A stretch of 63,572 nucleotides of DNA, filler included, from Licmophora abbreviata (taxonomy: Eukaryota): assembly GCA_900291995.1 (NCBI GenBank). It is 21 parts of 21 records of this genome, joined end to end, with 100 filler letters (N's around TTAATTAATTAA, not from the genome) between each part and the next. Parts side by side here need not be neighbours in the genome. Positions count along the whole stretch, not along the records: positions 1 to 20,078 come from OLMU01004501.1; 20 more parts are not named here. One strand, given 5' to 3'. The position numbers and the translations under genes are program-made. Under the pieces are notes generated by a model. The model was not told the DNA's origin and made no database searches. It saw nothing but the letters and a program-made list of their open reading frames with translations. Of the stretch, positions 1 through 8,189 are shown piece after piece. Positions within the stretch are counted from its first letter, which is position 1. Each line of letters starts with the position of its first letter.

Positions 1-284
1 GCCGCATGCAGCATATTCGCTGCGTTCAACAGCATATTGAAATCCGTTGGCGTTAAGTCAGCGCCGTTGAACTCCTCAATAGCTCCATCGTAACCAGCCG
101 CGCGATAGCGTTCGCGCACAATCACCCGTGCTGTTGTTGTTTTTGCCGTTCCAGGCGGTCCCCAAAGCATTAACGGCTTGGAAGCACTGCCTGCAGCGTA
201 ACGCTGGCATTTTGCCTGCGCGGTTTGGTCCGCAAATATCAGCTCTGCAACTGTTTGCGGTTCGTACTTTTCTTCAAAATTCAT
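1..284 (-). CDS. Clamp-loader/RFC-like AAA+ ATPase, N-terminal part (runs off window)
   Basis: Own translation, not in the ORF track: MNFEEKYEPQTVAELIFADQ...KPLMLWGPPGTAKTTTARVI. RFC-box-II-like EKYxP plus Walker A; GGAGA RBS upstream. Confidence 0.75.
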   Translation of the reverse strand, partial: MNFEEKYEPQTVAELIFADQTAQAKCQRYAAGSASKPLMLWGPPGTAKTTTARVIVRERYRAAGYDGAIEEFNGADLTPTDFNMLLNAANMLHA

Positions 285-307
285 CTTATTTCTCCATTTA
301 AAAGTTA

Positions 308-340
308 AGTGCACGCAAAGCGCTCAGCTCTGCGTGCACT
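308..340. terminator. Intergenic hairpin (10-bp perfect stem)
   Basis: AGTGCACGCA-N13-TGCGTGCACT between the 251-aa gene and the ATPase gene; terminator or processing role is inferred. Confidence 0.45.
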
Positions 341-348
341 GTTTTTGC

Positions 349-1104
349 TTAAGCTTGCGCTACTGTTTCAGCTGTCAGCACCTGTGCAACAAACTGCTTC
401 ATATCTGCAGCTTTGCGCTGTTTCACTTCGTCAAGCGTGTCTTTGCTCGCAGCCTTTTTTTGCTGCTCGTCAAGCTCCTTGCCCATTACAGCAAGTGCAG
501 CGTTAACCAGCGCACGCTTGTTGCTGCCGTGCACAATCCTACCGTTGCCGCTGCCATCGCAATGCACCAGCGCCACCACGTAATCTGTGTCGTTTTCGCT
601 GTCGCTCAGCATGTAGTCTTGCAAGCCAAACGTCGCCAAAGCGTGCTCACCTGTCAGCGCATTAGCTGCAATGTCCCTGTAATCGTCAGCACTAAGCTTG
701 TTTGCTGTCTTGCTGCTTGCTGTGCGCCGCACATTTTCAATGCCGCCACGCTCAATTACAAAGTTTGTCAGCGTTTGTGCATCATCATGCTCGTCAAACC
801 ACACCTTCAGCACACTTGCATATGCATGCTCTCTGTTGCGCTCTTGTCCAAAAACAACACGCACAATTTTAAGCGCCAAGCTTGTGCCTTTGTTAAACTT
901 AACGCCCAGCTCTTCCGCTAGCGCATTAAACGCACGTGCGTGTGTTTTGTCTTCCTTAAGCTGTGCGTAAATGCCAGCGCACTGTTCCAAAATTGCGTAC
1001 AGCTCCGCGTTTGCTTGCTTGTAAACACCGTTTTCCCAGTGCTCGCGCTGTGCCACAAGTTCGTGCAGTGTCGCGCTAAGTGTAGTTTTAAAGTTTGTAG
1101 TCAT
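349..1104 (-). CDS. Hypothetical 251-aa protein, proline-free, element core gene
   Basis: Long ORF with AAAGGA RBS; helical-looking sequence with FVIERGGIENVRR; coding strand lacks TC and CC. Confidence 0.85.
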   Translation of the reverse strand: MTTNFKTTLSATLHELVAQREHWENGVYKQANAELYAILEQCAGIYAQLKEDKTHARAFNALAEELGVKFNKGTSLALKIVRVVFGQERNREHAYASVLKVWFDEHDDAQTLTNFVIERGGIENVRRTASSKTANKLSADDYRDIAANALTGEHALATFGLQDYMLSDSENDTDYVVALVHCDGSGNGRIVHGSNKRALVNAALAVMGKELDEQQKKAASKDTLDEVKQRKAADMKQFVAQVLTAETVAQA

Positions 1105-1191
1105 TTTAGTTCCTTTCTAGGTTTAAATTCGACGCAACACTGCGTTGCGCCGATGCAAGGAATGTGCCGCAGAGCATTGCACTTTGCTCTT

Positions 1192-1221
1192 CCAACATTA
1201 GTCCTTGAATAATGATGTTGG
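1192..1221. promoter_or_regulatory. Inverted repeat CCAACAT-N16-ATGTTGG, copy 1
   Basis: Arms and spacer length are conserved with copy 2, while the spacer sequence differs. Confidence 0.65.
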
Positions 1222-1271
1222 AGTTGCTTTTGCATGTTAAAATTGCAAACCCACAACCCAGAGATCATGCT

Positions 1272-1379
1272 GTGTACGAAGACTTTTTTCGTAGGCGCGG
1301 TCGGAGCGTGTTATTCTTTCGCTACGCGCCCCCGATGCCGGGTCGCGAGATGTCAGATGTCTTGTTTCTCTCATGTTGA
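1272..1379 (+). pseudogene. Truncated copy of the first 29 codons of the 264-aa regulator (35-aa mini-ORF)
   Basis: GTG start, then YEDFFRRRGRSVLFFRYAPPMPGREMSD-VLFLSC*. Confidence 0.7.
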
Positions 1380-1450
1380 TGGTGTCTGCCGAGCTCAAGT
1401 GGAGCTGCTCGGTGACAGGAATGTGCCGCAGGAATTTGCACATTGCTTTT

Positions 1451-1501
1451 CCAACATTAATTAGATTGTGATGATGTTGGGCTGATTTCACATGTTATAA
1501 T
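1451..1501 (+). promoter_or_regulatory. CCAACAT-N16-ATGTTGG copy 2 plus extended -10 (TGtTATAAT)
   Basis: IR at 1451-1480; TGTTATAAT at 1493-1501; GGGGG RBS before ATG 1529. Confidence 0.65.
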
Positions 1502-1528
1502 TGTGGCGCCACTACTTAGGGGGGCATA

Positions 1529-2323
1529 ATGTACGAAGACTTTTTTCGTAGGCGTGGTCGGAAAGTTTTGTTCTTCCGCTACGCACCCCCGATGCCGGGT
1601 CGGGAGGTGTCAGATGACATCTCGACAGCAAAGCAACCAAACCCACCCTATCCTGGTGCGCCGGGCTGGCGGTGCAGCGTCTATTATTATTGGTGGCGTT
1701 TTCTGAGGGAAAATTCTGACTTTGAAACCGTTGTCAGGTCCGGCAAAGCGATTGTACCCGACACCGTAGCTTATGATTTTCGTCACGTTTTCAACTCGAA
1801 CTTCAGGGTTTGGTGGGCACATCATGGGCGCTGGCTATTCTGCGAGCCACCCCGTGATCGTTTGCGAGTGGAAGACCCGCCTGTGTTTGACGATGATCCG
1901 ACGCGATTGCTGCTGTCGATCCCCGCAAGTGCAAATTTGGAAACAACGCTTTCTGATTTGCGCACGATCTTGCAGCCGATATTGGCGCAAAACAAAGCCG
2001 CAGCTGGCGGCAGCAAAGCGCGATACCCGGTGTGGACCAAGCCCGTTGTCACATCATTGCATCAGCACTTGCATGTTTGGGAGGTACATCGACAAAATCC
2101 CGATCTGAATTTCATTCAGTTGGCCGACGCTGTGGGTATCTTGCGGGGCGAGGACGATAGCTTGGAGACCAGAAATAAAAAGTCAGCCATCACCAGCCGT
2201 TTGGTGAAACAATCCAAGTTCATGATTGAGCAGGTGGCGTATGGCCGCTTTCCCGTTATGAACAATCAACAGCTTGAAGCTGGTATCAAGAAGTTCAAGT
2301 CTTTGCCTGATCGCAGATGGTAA
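1529..2323 (+). CDS. Putative FseA-like (DUF6499+DUF2285-like) transcriptional activator
   Basis: YYWWRFLRENSDF resembles the DUF6499 AWEFLRRN motif; C-terminal HTH-like LHVWE...FIQLADAVG...SRLVKQSKFMI...GRFP resembles DUF2285. Confidence 0.55.
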   Translation: MYEDFFRRRGRKVLFFRYAPPMPGREVSDDISTAKQPNPPYPGAPGWRCSVYYYWWRFLRENSDFETVVRSGKAIVPDTVAYDFRHVFNSNFRVWWAHHGRWLFCEPPRDRLRVEDPPVFDDDPTRLLLSIPASANLETTLSDLRTILQPILAQNKAAAGGSKARYPVWTKPVVTSLHQHLHVWEVHRQNPDLNFIQLADAVGILRGEDDSLETRNKKSAITSRLVKQSKFMIEQVAYGRFPVMNNQQLEAGIKKFKSLPDRRW

Positions 2324-2362
2324 GCCTGTTTGAGAAGACGTGCCCATGCTCTGTGGTGACAG

Positions 2363-2416
2363 AACACAGTCTTTAAAACACAGTGTTTTGACACCAGTGT
2401 TTAACCACAGTGTTTG
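2363..2416. repeat. Four tandem ~13-14 bp CAGT(G/C)TTT repeats including palindrome AAAACACAGTGTTTT
   Basis: Read directly, upstream of the DUF6626-like gene. Confidence 0.75.
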
Positions 2417-2486
2417 CGCTCAGCTTCACAACGGCAGCTTTCCCGACACGTTGAGATAAATACACGTGCGAATAGGGAGAATGATC

Positions 2487-2813
2487 ATGTCCAGACAGAT
2501 ATTGGAACAGATACGCGACGAACTGGTCAGCTGCGGTGTTGTGTCGTCGAACAAGGAGTTTTGCGAAAGCTGGTTGGCACGGGATGCAAGCTACATACGC
2601 GGGCTGAAGTTCCGCAACTTGGAGCCCAGTGCCGCGACACTGGCCACCTGCGCCAGCAAGCTGAGTTATTATGCCTACCACATTGCCAAAAGCGAGAAGC
2701 TTGAACACAAAGACTGGCATCGCCGCTTTGTTGAGCTGCGCCAGCTGTGTGAGCAGGCCATAGAACGACAGGCGAGGGCGCAGTGGATGACACCAAAGCG
2801 AATGGGGCTGTGA
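2487..2813 (+). CDS. DUF6626-like protein
   Basis: EFCESWLARDASYIRGLK..EPS pattern recalled for this family; AGGGAG RBS. Confidence 0.55.
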   Translation: MSRQILEQIRDELVSCGVVSSNKEFCESWLARDASYIRGLKFRNLEPSAATLATCASKLSYYAYHIAKSEKLEHKDWHRRFVELRQLCEQAIERQARAQWMTPKRMGL

Positions 2814-3172
2814 TGGGGACATGCATGATGGATTTCCCCCTACACAGCGAAAATCCCGCCGCGCGAAATCTCCTAGCCAGTTACTTATCGTTTCGGGGTG
2901 GTGAATTTGCATCACCCCAACCACGCACTATGGGAAATCCCGTATGCTGGTGAGCGAAGTCGTGGGCGAGGCTGTGTGCACGCAGCACTTCAAACCCAAG
3001 CAGTTGCCCATACCCGGTCCGACGAAAGCAAAGCCGCGCCCAAAGCCGAAAAAACGCAAGACACCCAAGCCATTTAATAAGCTAAAGCCAGACGAGTTGA
3101 GTTGATGGCGTCAACGACACGCTGCGCGGGCCCAGTAGTAGTCTTTCGGCACCAGCTCGCGCCGTGTGTATT

Positions 3173-3303
3173 GGGCAACGACTGGTCGCCGACGTGTGTG
3201 CAAATTTGGTGCGAAGTATCACGGGCTTGGCTGGTGTGAGGTTCCCACACAGACCTTGACACTACGGCTGGCGCACATAGCCCAAATAGCTTAACATGCT
3301 TGG
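3173..3303 (+). repeat. Conserved non-coding cis-element, copy A
   Basis: Core 3255-3303 matches 14958-15006 at 44/49; upstream GGGCAACGAC and GTGTGTGCA blocks also shared. Confidence 0.85.
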
Positions 3304-3320
3304 AAAATCGGGAGTTATGC

Positions 3321-3740
3321 ATGGAGCAATCAGCCCGCAACCTGTACTATGAGCGCATTGGGGCTGCGCCACTGGCAGCATGGTGCTTTTTCGAGAGCGT
3401 AGACGTGCACTTTCGCCCGCGCAATGATGTGGACGTTCGTTCTACGCACCCGAACGTTGAGGACATGAGGCTTCGGGCTGTTTGGAAGGCTGACGCGGGC
3501 AAGCCGCCGGAACAAGTGTTTGCCAAGATGACTTGGCAACCCAAGAACCTTGCTGTGTTTTCACGAATCAAGCTGACACCGGCACAGTTTGCTCATTTTG
3601 GATTTCAAGACGCTGAGAAGCCGAAAGCGGATAGCGAGCCCCAAAACAGCGATATCCGTCCATTTGAGGACAGCTGGCGCTATGGGGCGCTTCCATTCAT
3701 TCGTGCGCTTGAAACGGAGAAAATAAAATTGCCAAACTAA
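3321..3740 (+). CDS. Hypothetical protein
   Basis: ORF with GGAG RBS before ATG 3321; no recognisable motif. Confidence 0.65.
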   Translation: MEQSARNLYYERIGAAPLAAWCFFESVDVHFRPRNDVDVRSTHPNVEDMRLRAVWKADAGKPPEQVFAKMTWQPKNLAVFSRIKLTPAQFAHFGFQDAEKPKADSEPQNSDIRPFEDSWRYGALPFIRALETEKIKLPN

Positions 3741-3814
3741 AAAGCATTGCCAAGTGAGACCATGACAATTGGCTTTCCTTTTATTGTATAATTTTGGAAC
3801 ATCTTAATCACAAA

Positions 3815-6400
3815 CTATTCTTGGGGTATGGTTTCGATCAGAGCAGTTTTTGTATCAGACCAAAGCACTGATACGAAAGCAACTTCTTCCAATGATACCT
3901 CAGCGCCCGCTTTTATCGTCTGTTCAAGCTCGGCCATTGCCCTTGAAATTTTCACACAACCAAGGTTGGCAGAGCTCCCCTTTAATCGGTGCGCACTAGT
4001 TGCGGCTTCTGTATAATCATCTTCGCTAATATACCTTTCGATTTCGCAAACAATGATATCGCCGTTTGCAATAAAAGTTTCCAAAAGTCGGGAGAAGTCT
4101 TCACTCTTGAACATTGAGCGCAAAGGACCAAGTCGCTCCATGTCAATTAGACTAATGTCTTCTGCCTCTACTGGACTGAGGTCACCTGTTTCTTTGTTTT
4201 CTTTTTCAACAGGAGCCTCAAAAGGATGGTGCCCTTTAGAAGAAGTCAGCTTAGAGGAGATTTTGATTATCAAGCTATCGCGATTGGTAGGCTTTTCTAT
4301 GAACCCATCCATGCCTACACCTTTAGCGTTATCTTTGAATTCTTTTAAAACATTACCAGAGACTGCCATAATTAGGCTTGGTGCAATGCCACTTTGAGAT
4401 TCCAGCTTGCGGATCCTTTTTGTTGCCTCAAAACCATCCATATTGGGCATGGAAATATCCATCAGGACCACTTCTGGCTTGTAATTGGTAAACACTTCAA
4501 GCGCTTCAACGCCATCATTGGCAACTCGTAATATCGCACCGGTTGGCTGCAGCTGTTGCGATAAGACTCTTAGGTTCACCTCATGATCGTCCACCAATAA
4601 AAACTTTACACCATCGAAAACTTTTTGTTCCGGTGACAACATTTCACCATCGTTCAAGTGCTCCGCTTCACGATGGTCGGTCAAAGTATCATAAAGGGCT
4701 TTCGCCAGCATTTTGGGCCGCAAAGGCTTAGACACGATAGATGTGTGATCTTTATTGGTTGCTAAAAGTTCTTGGATATCTCCCCGCATCGACCCCATAA
4801 AAATAACTGAAGTGTTTTCGATTAGTGGATTGGAATAAATTTTATCAATCAGGGACTCATTGCGCAACTTAGGCATTTGAGATGCTAGAAGCAGTATATC
4901 GTAACGTTCTTCCGATGCAGCTGCAGCTTCGAGCAATGGCAGGATCTTCTCCCACCGGTTAGCTGTATCATAGTAGATACCCCACCATGATAAATGCTTT
5001 GAAGCAATCGCAATACTGGCTTGGCAATTGTCTACCAATAAAACCTTGAAAGGGCGGTTCTCTGTTAACGATTTGAGCGCTGTGTATTCCTCGGGGAAGT
5101 CGCTGACTGCCCCACACTGAAATAGAACTCTGCATGTAAATTTCGACCCATTGCCGAGGGAGGAAGCCGCAGTCAGCTCACCACTCATCATTCGGACAAG
5201 CTCTTGAGAAATCGTTAGCCCCAGGCCAGTGCCACCATATTTTCTGGTCGTACTTTCGTTCACTTGGTTAAACGGTTTGAAAATCGCTTCGAATGCATCT
5301 GCCGATATGCCTATGCCAGTGTCAGCGACACTGCAGTAAACTTCCGAACAGCCATCCTGGGGTACGAGCCTAACTTCTAGCGTTACAGCTCCCTTGCTCG
5401 TGAACTTAATGGCGTTGCTTAAAAGGTTCAGCAATACTTGCCTAAAGCGTGCACCATCACCGAAGAGATTATATTCAAGGTGTGTAGGACAATTGACCAA
5501 CAACTCTATGCCTTTTCCGGCAGCATTAAGCTCGACCATACTGACTGTGTCAAAAATTAAATCAATGAGGTCAAATTCTTCATTGTTAAGCTTGATTCCC
5601 GTCGCGTCGATCTGTGCAAAGTCCAGGATGTCTTCGATGATTAACTTGAGTGCGTTGCCTGAGTTCGTGATGGTATTTACGCACTCACGTTGACTGATGG
5701 TAAGGTTGGTCTCTCTGAGAAACTCAGCGTTACCTAAGACGCCATGTAAAGGAGTGCGGAGCTCATGACTCATATTTGCAAGAAAACGAGTTTTCGAAGA
5801 ATTTGCGTCTTCAGCCACATCGCGTGCGTGAACGATGTCCTTGATCAAAGCTTTTAGTGGTCTTCCGACGATTGCTCGAAAAGCAAACCAACTAGAAAGA
5901 ATTGAGGCCAGAAGGCTGAGAGCCAGAACAGTGATGGAGTTGCGTATTTGGGACTGACGTATCTGTGATACTTGTTCAGTGCTGAACCCAACGCGGAGTG
6001 TTGCCCAATCAGCGGCATTAAGTTGAACCTCAAGCCAATCGTCTACGTCAGCAAATTTGCAACCTATCATTGAAGGCGCCGAAAAATCGGGGACTTCAAC
6101 ACCGTTACGTGAAAGTGTTGCGCATTTGATCGATTGATTGCCAAGCAGAAGCTGTAAAAGCTGATTAGTGATATCATTTTTTGCATTCTGATCGAGGTTG
6201 GGGTTTTCTAATACGCCTTCAATCGACCCGGCAGTGCGGGCAACTGTGTTTCCAAGGCGTGTCGAAAAGTTATCGCGAGCGTCAAAAAAGCGCTCACTGT
6301 ATACGAAGTAGAGTGCAAGTGTGGACAACAGGAGAAAGATGGGGGTTGTAAACAGTAACAGCTTCGCAAAAAGAACAGTTGGTTGCGGCAGCTGGAGCAA
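3815..6400 (-). CDS. Hybrid sensor histidine kinase (2 TM, HisKA, HATPase, two REC, Hpt)
   Basis: FLANMSHELRTP, NLLSNAIKFT, DTGIG, GGTGLGL, VLMDISMP, AHRLKGSSANLG. Confidence 0.95.
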   Translation of the reverse strand: MLQLPQPTVLFAKLLLFTTPIFLLLSTLALYFVYSERFFDARDNFSTRLGNTVARTAGSIEGVLENPNLDQNAKNDITNQLLQLLLGNQSIKCATLSRNGVEVPDFSAPSMIGCKFADVDDWLEVQLNAADWATLRVGFSTEQVSQIRQSQIRNSITVLALSLLASILSSWFAFRAIVGRPLKALIKDIVHARDVAEDANSSKTRFLANMSHELRTPLHGVLGNAEFLRETNLTISQRECVNTITNSGNALKLIIEDILDFAQIDATGIKLNNEEFDLIDLIFDTVSMVELNAAGKGIELLVNCPTHLEYNLFGDGARFRQVLLNLLSNAIKFTSKGAVTLEVRLVPQDGCSEVYCSVADTGIGISADAFEAIFKPFNQVNESTTRKYGGTGLGLTISQELVRMMSGELTAASSLGNGSKFTCRVLFQCGAVSDFPEEYTALKSLTENRPFKVLLVDNCQASIAIASKHLSWWGIYYDTANRWEKILPLLEAAAASEERYDILLLASQMPKLRNESLIDKIYSNPLIENTSVIFMGSMRGDIQELLATNKDHTSIVSKPLRPKMLAKALYDTLTDHREAEHLNDGEMLSPEQKVFDGVKFLLVDDHEVNLRVLSQQLQPTGAILRVANDGVEALEVFTNYKPEVVLMDISMPNMDGFEATKRIRKLESQSGIAPSLIMAVSGNVLKEFKDNAKGVGMDGFIEKPTNRDSLIIKISSKLTSSKGHHPFEAPVEKENKETGDLSPVEAEDISLIDMERLGPLRSMFKSEDFSRLLETFIANGDIIVCEIERYISEDDYTEAATSAHRLKGSSANLGCVKISRAMAELEQTIKAGAEVSLEEVAFVSVLWSDTKTALIETIPQE

Positions 6401-6416
6401 AATACACTCCTACCAA

Positions 6417-6803
6417 TTATTTGATGCGTTCGACGCGACCCGCCATCATTAGCTTTTCAAGCGCCTCGCGATTGTTGATCTCGGTCTGATAAACGCGAAA
6501 GCCACTGTCAGTTTTTGTGATATAAAAGTCTACCGGAGCTGAAGATCCATTTTCTGTGGTTAGGTCCAAACAAAGAACATAGTCTTCGCCAATAGTCATA
6601 ACCATTGAATGGGTATCAATCGGATAGTATTTAACTACGTCTCCGGTCTCGAATTCGCGCCTTTGGATTGCGCCATCAACTAGAGATTGATCTACGTGTC
6701 TCTGCATGGTCAGCTGTAGTTCGGCAACCAAATCAGTCGTGTCATCGGCTAGTGCCGGTGACAACGAAAGAAATAACGCAAAAACTGGTGCTTGTAGGCG
6801 CAT
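6417..6803 (-). CDS. Secreted hypothetical protein, probably co-transcribed with the kinase
   Basis: Signal peptide ending ALA-DD; 16-nt gap to the kinase start. Confidence 0.8.
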   Translation of the reverse strand: MRLQAPVFALFLSLSPALADDTTDLVAELQLTMQRHVDQSLVDGAIQRREFETGDVVKYYPIDTHSMVMTIGEDYVLCLDLTTENGSSAPVDFYITKTDSGFRVYQTEINNREALEKLMMAGRVERIK

Positions 6804-7133
6804 CTTTTCCCCCCGCTGCAAGCTCCTTACGCTGACTTATTAACTCGACTGACCCTTAATTTACGCCAGCCTAGTTTTTTTAAGTCTACGTGCCAACTAT
6901 CCTTTCTGTTATAAGTGTTATCTTTCGCGTTCTGTTGCCCGCCTCCGAGCTGCATGTCTTTGGCTGCGAGTGAAGCGTGGCTGATCAATTTGATGTAGAG
7001 GTCCTTTTCCACAAAGGCAGCGTTAGTTTCATATCCCACACACTGTAACAAACACAGTGTTTGAGTTTACGGTGTCGAACATAGCGTTCCGCCAACCCGC
7101 TGCGTGAATAAATTTAAATAATGCGTCACAAAG

Positions 7134-7324
7134 GTAGCGCACTTTGTAGCGCAGCTTAAAAAATAACGATTAAGGCATTGTTAATAAACGTATATTTAAC
7201 GTGTTCTCAAATCATAATCCGCGTGTCGGGGGTTCAAGTCCCTCCTCCGCTACCAAAATACCCCTAAAACAAAGACTTGAGAGTTTGGGTGACGCGTTTT
7301 GCGCGTAGCGCACCTGTAGCGCAC
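7134..7324 (+). repeat. Putative integrase arm-type sites GTAGCGCA(C/G) flanking the att core
   Basis: Direct repeats at 7134, 7146, 7305 and 7316; AATGCGTCA (7120) mirrored by TGACGCGTT (7290). Confidence 0.7.
7210..7255 (+). mobile_element. att core: 3' half of tRNA(CAT), Met-type
   Basis: AATCATAATCCGCGTGTCGGGGGTTCAAGTCCCTCCTCCGCTACCA has anticodon loop, T-arm and CCA, but the 5' half is absent. Confidence 0.9.
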
Positions 7325-7472
7325 TTTTCCGTCGCGCAGCTGCGCTTTTGAGCGTGGAATCAACTGTGTTGAATTCAGTGTTTGCAAAAGAGTTTCTGAA
7401 CACGGTGTTTGGCGAAACCGGCGTAACCACAGCTTTCATAAAGAAGTTCGTCAACCTACCCCATGCCTGCGG

Positions 7473-8187
7473 TGCCCCTGGATTTTTTGTAGGCGCCTTG
7501 CGGCCTAACGTTGAGGCCAGGAGGGCGACATGGGGACAAGCCATTACAGCGACGAGTTCAAGCGCGATGCGGTGCATCAGATCACGGTGCGGGGCTATCC
7601 GGTTCGGGAGGTTTCCCGGCGCTTGGGTGTCAGTACGCGTTCTCTTTACAAGTGGATGAAGCTGTTCGGCGATCCTGCGCCAAGGAAGCCGGACGTCGAT
7701 CATGAAGCCGAGAAGCGGCAGCCGAAGCGCCAGTTCGCCAGGATGACCGAGAAGCGCGATATTCTAAAAAGGGCAACGGTGTACTTCGCGCGAGGGTCCC
7801 AATGAAGTAAGCCGTCATCCGGGAGCACCGCGAAGAGTTCGGCATCCGAGCCATGTTCCGGGTGCTTCGGGTTCATTTCTCAGGCTTCTATGCATGGCTT
7901 AAGGAACCGCTTTAAAGACGAAACTCAAGACGTCGCACTAATGGCTTGAATCCAAGACTGCCACGACAATTCCGTCGCACAGAGTTTCTTCCAGCTCCTG
8001 AAAAGGGAACGGATCAGGCGGCGCACCTATCAAAGCCGCGACGACGCCAAACGGGGCGTGTTCGACTACATCAAGATGTTCCACAACCCGAAACGCAAAC
8101 ACACATACAACGCCATGCTATCGCCCGTCGACTTCGAAGAAAGACAGATCAAACTGAAACAGGCAGGTGCATTGGAAACTAGGGGCA
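7473..8187 (+). mobile_element. IS3-family remnant, internally deleted
   Basis: Terminal IRs TGCCCCTGG / CTAGGGGCA; orfA 7530-7805 (YSDEFKRDAV); broken orfB ending FDYIKMFHNPKRKH...LSPVDFE. Confidence 0.9.
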
Positions 8188-8189
8188 CC

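Larger units (their letters stand above)
1158..1616 (+). repeat. Diverged tandem duplication, ~200-bp units (1158-1359, 1417-1616)
   Basis: Both units read AGGAATGTGCCGCAG...TTCCAACATTA...ATGATGTTGG...GTACGAAGACTTTTTTCGTAGGCG...CCCCGATGCCGGGTCG...TGTCAGATG. Confidence 0.95.

Noticed and set aside
334..921. 195-aa antisense ORF over the 251-aa gene
   Set aside because: Absence of GA on this strand removes TGA stops, so long shadow frames are expected; composition is not protein-like.
1541..1547. TTTTTTC slippery site, as in FseA frameshifting
   Set aside because: The ORF already contains both domain-like regions in one frame.
1158..1616. CRISPR-like array
   Set aside because: Only two ~200-bp units, no repeat-spacer periodicity and no cas genes.
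2825..3105. Two short + strand ORFs (MMDFPLH..., MLVSEVV...KPKKRK)
   Set aside because: Short, no recognisable motif; a gene remnant cannot be told from chance ORFs.
7210..7255. Functional tRNA-Met gene
   Set aside because: The 5' acceptor strand and D-arm are missing; it is an att duplication.
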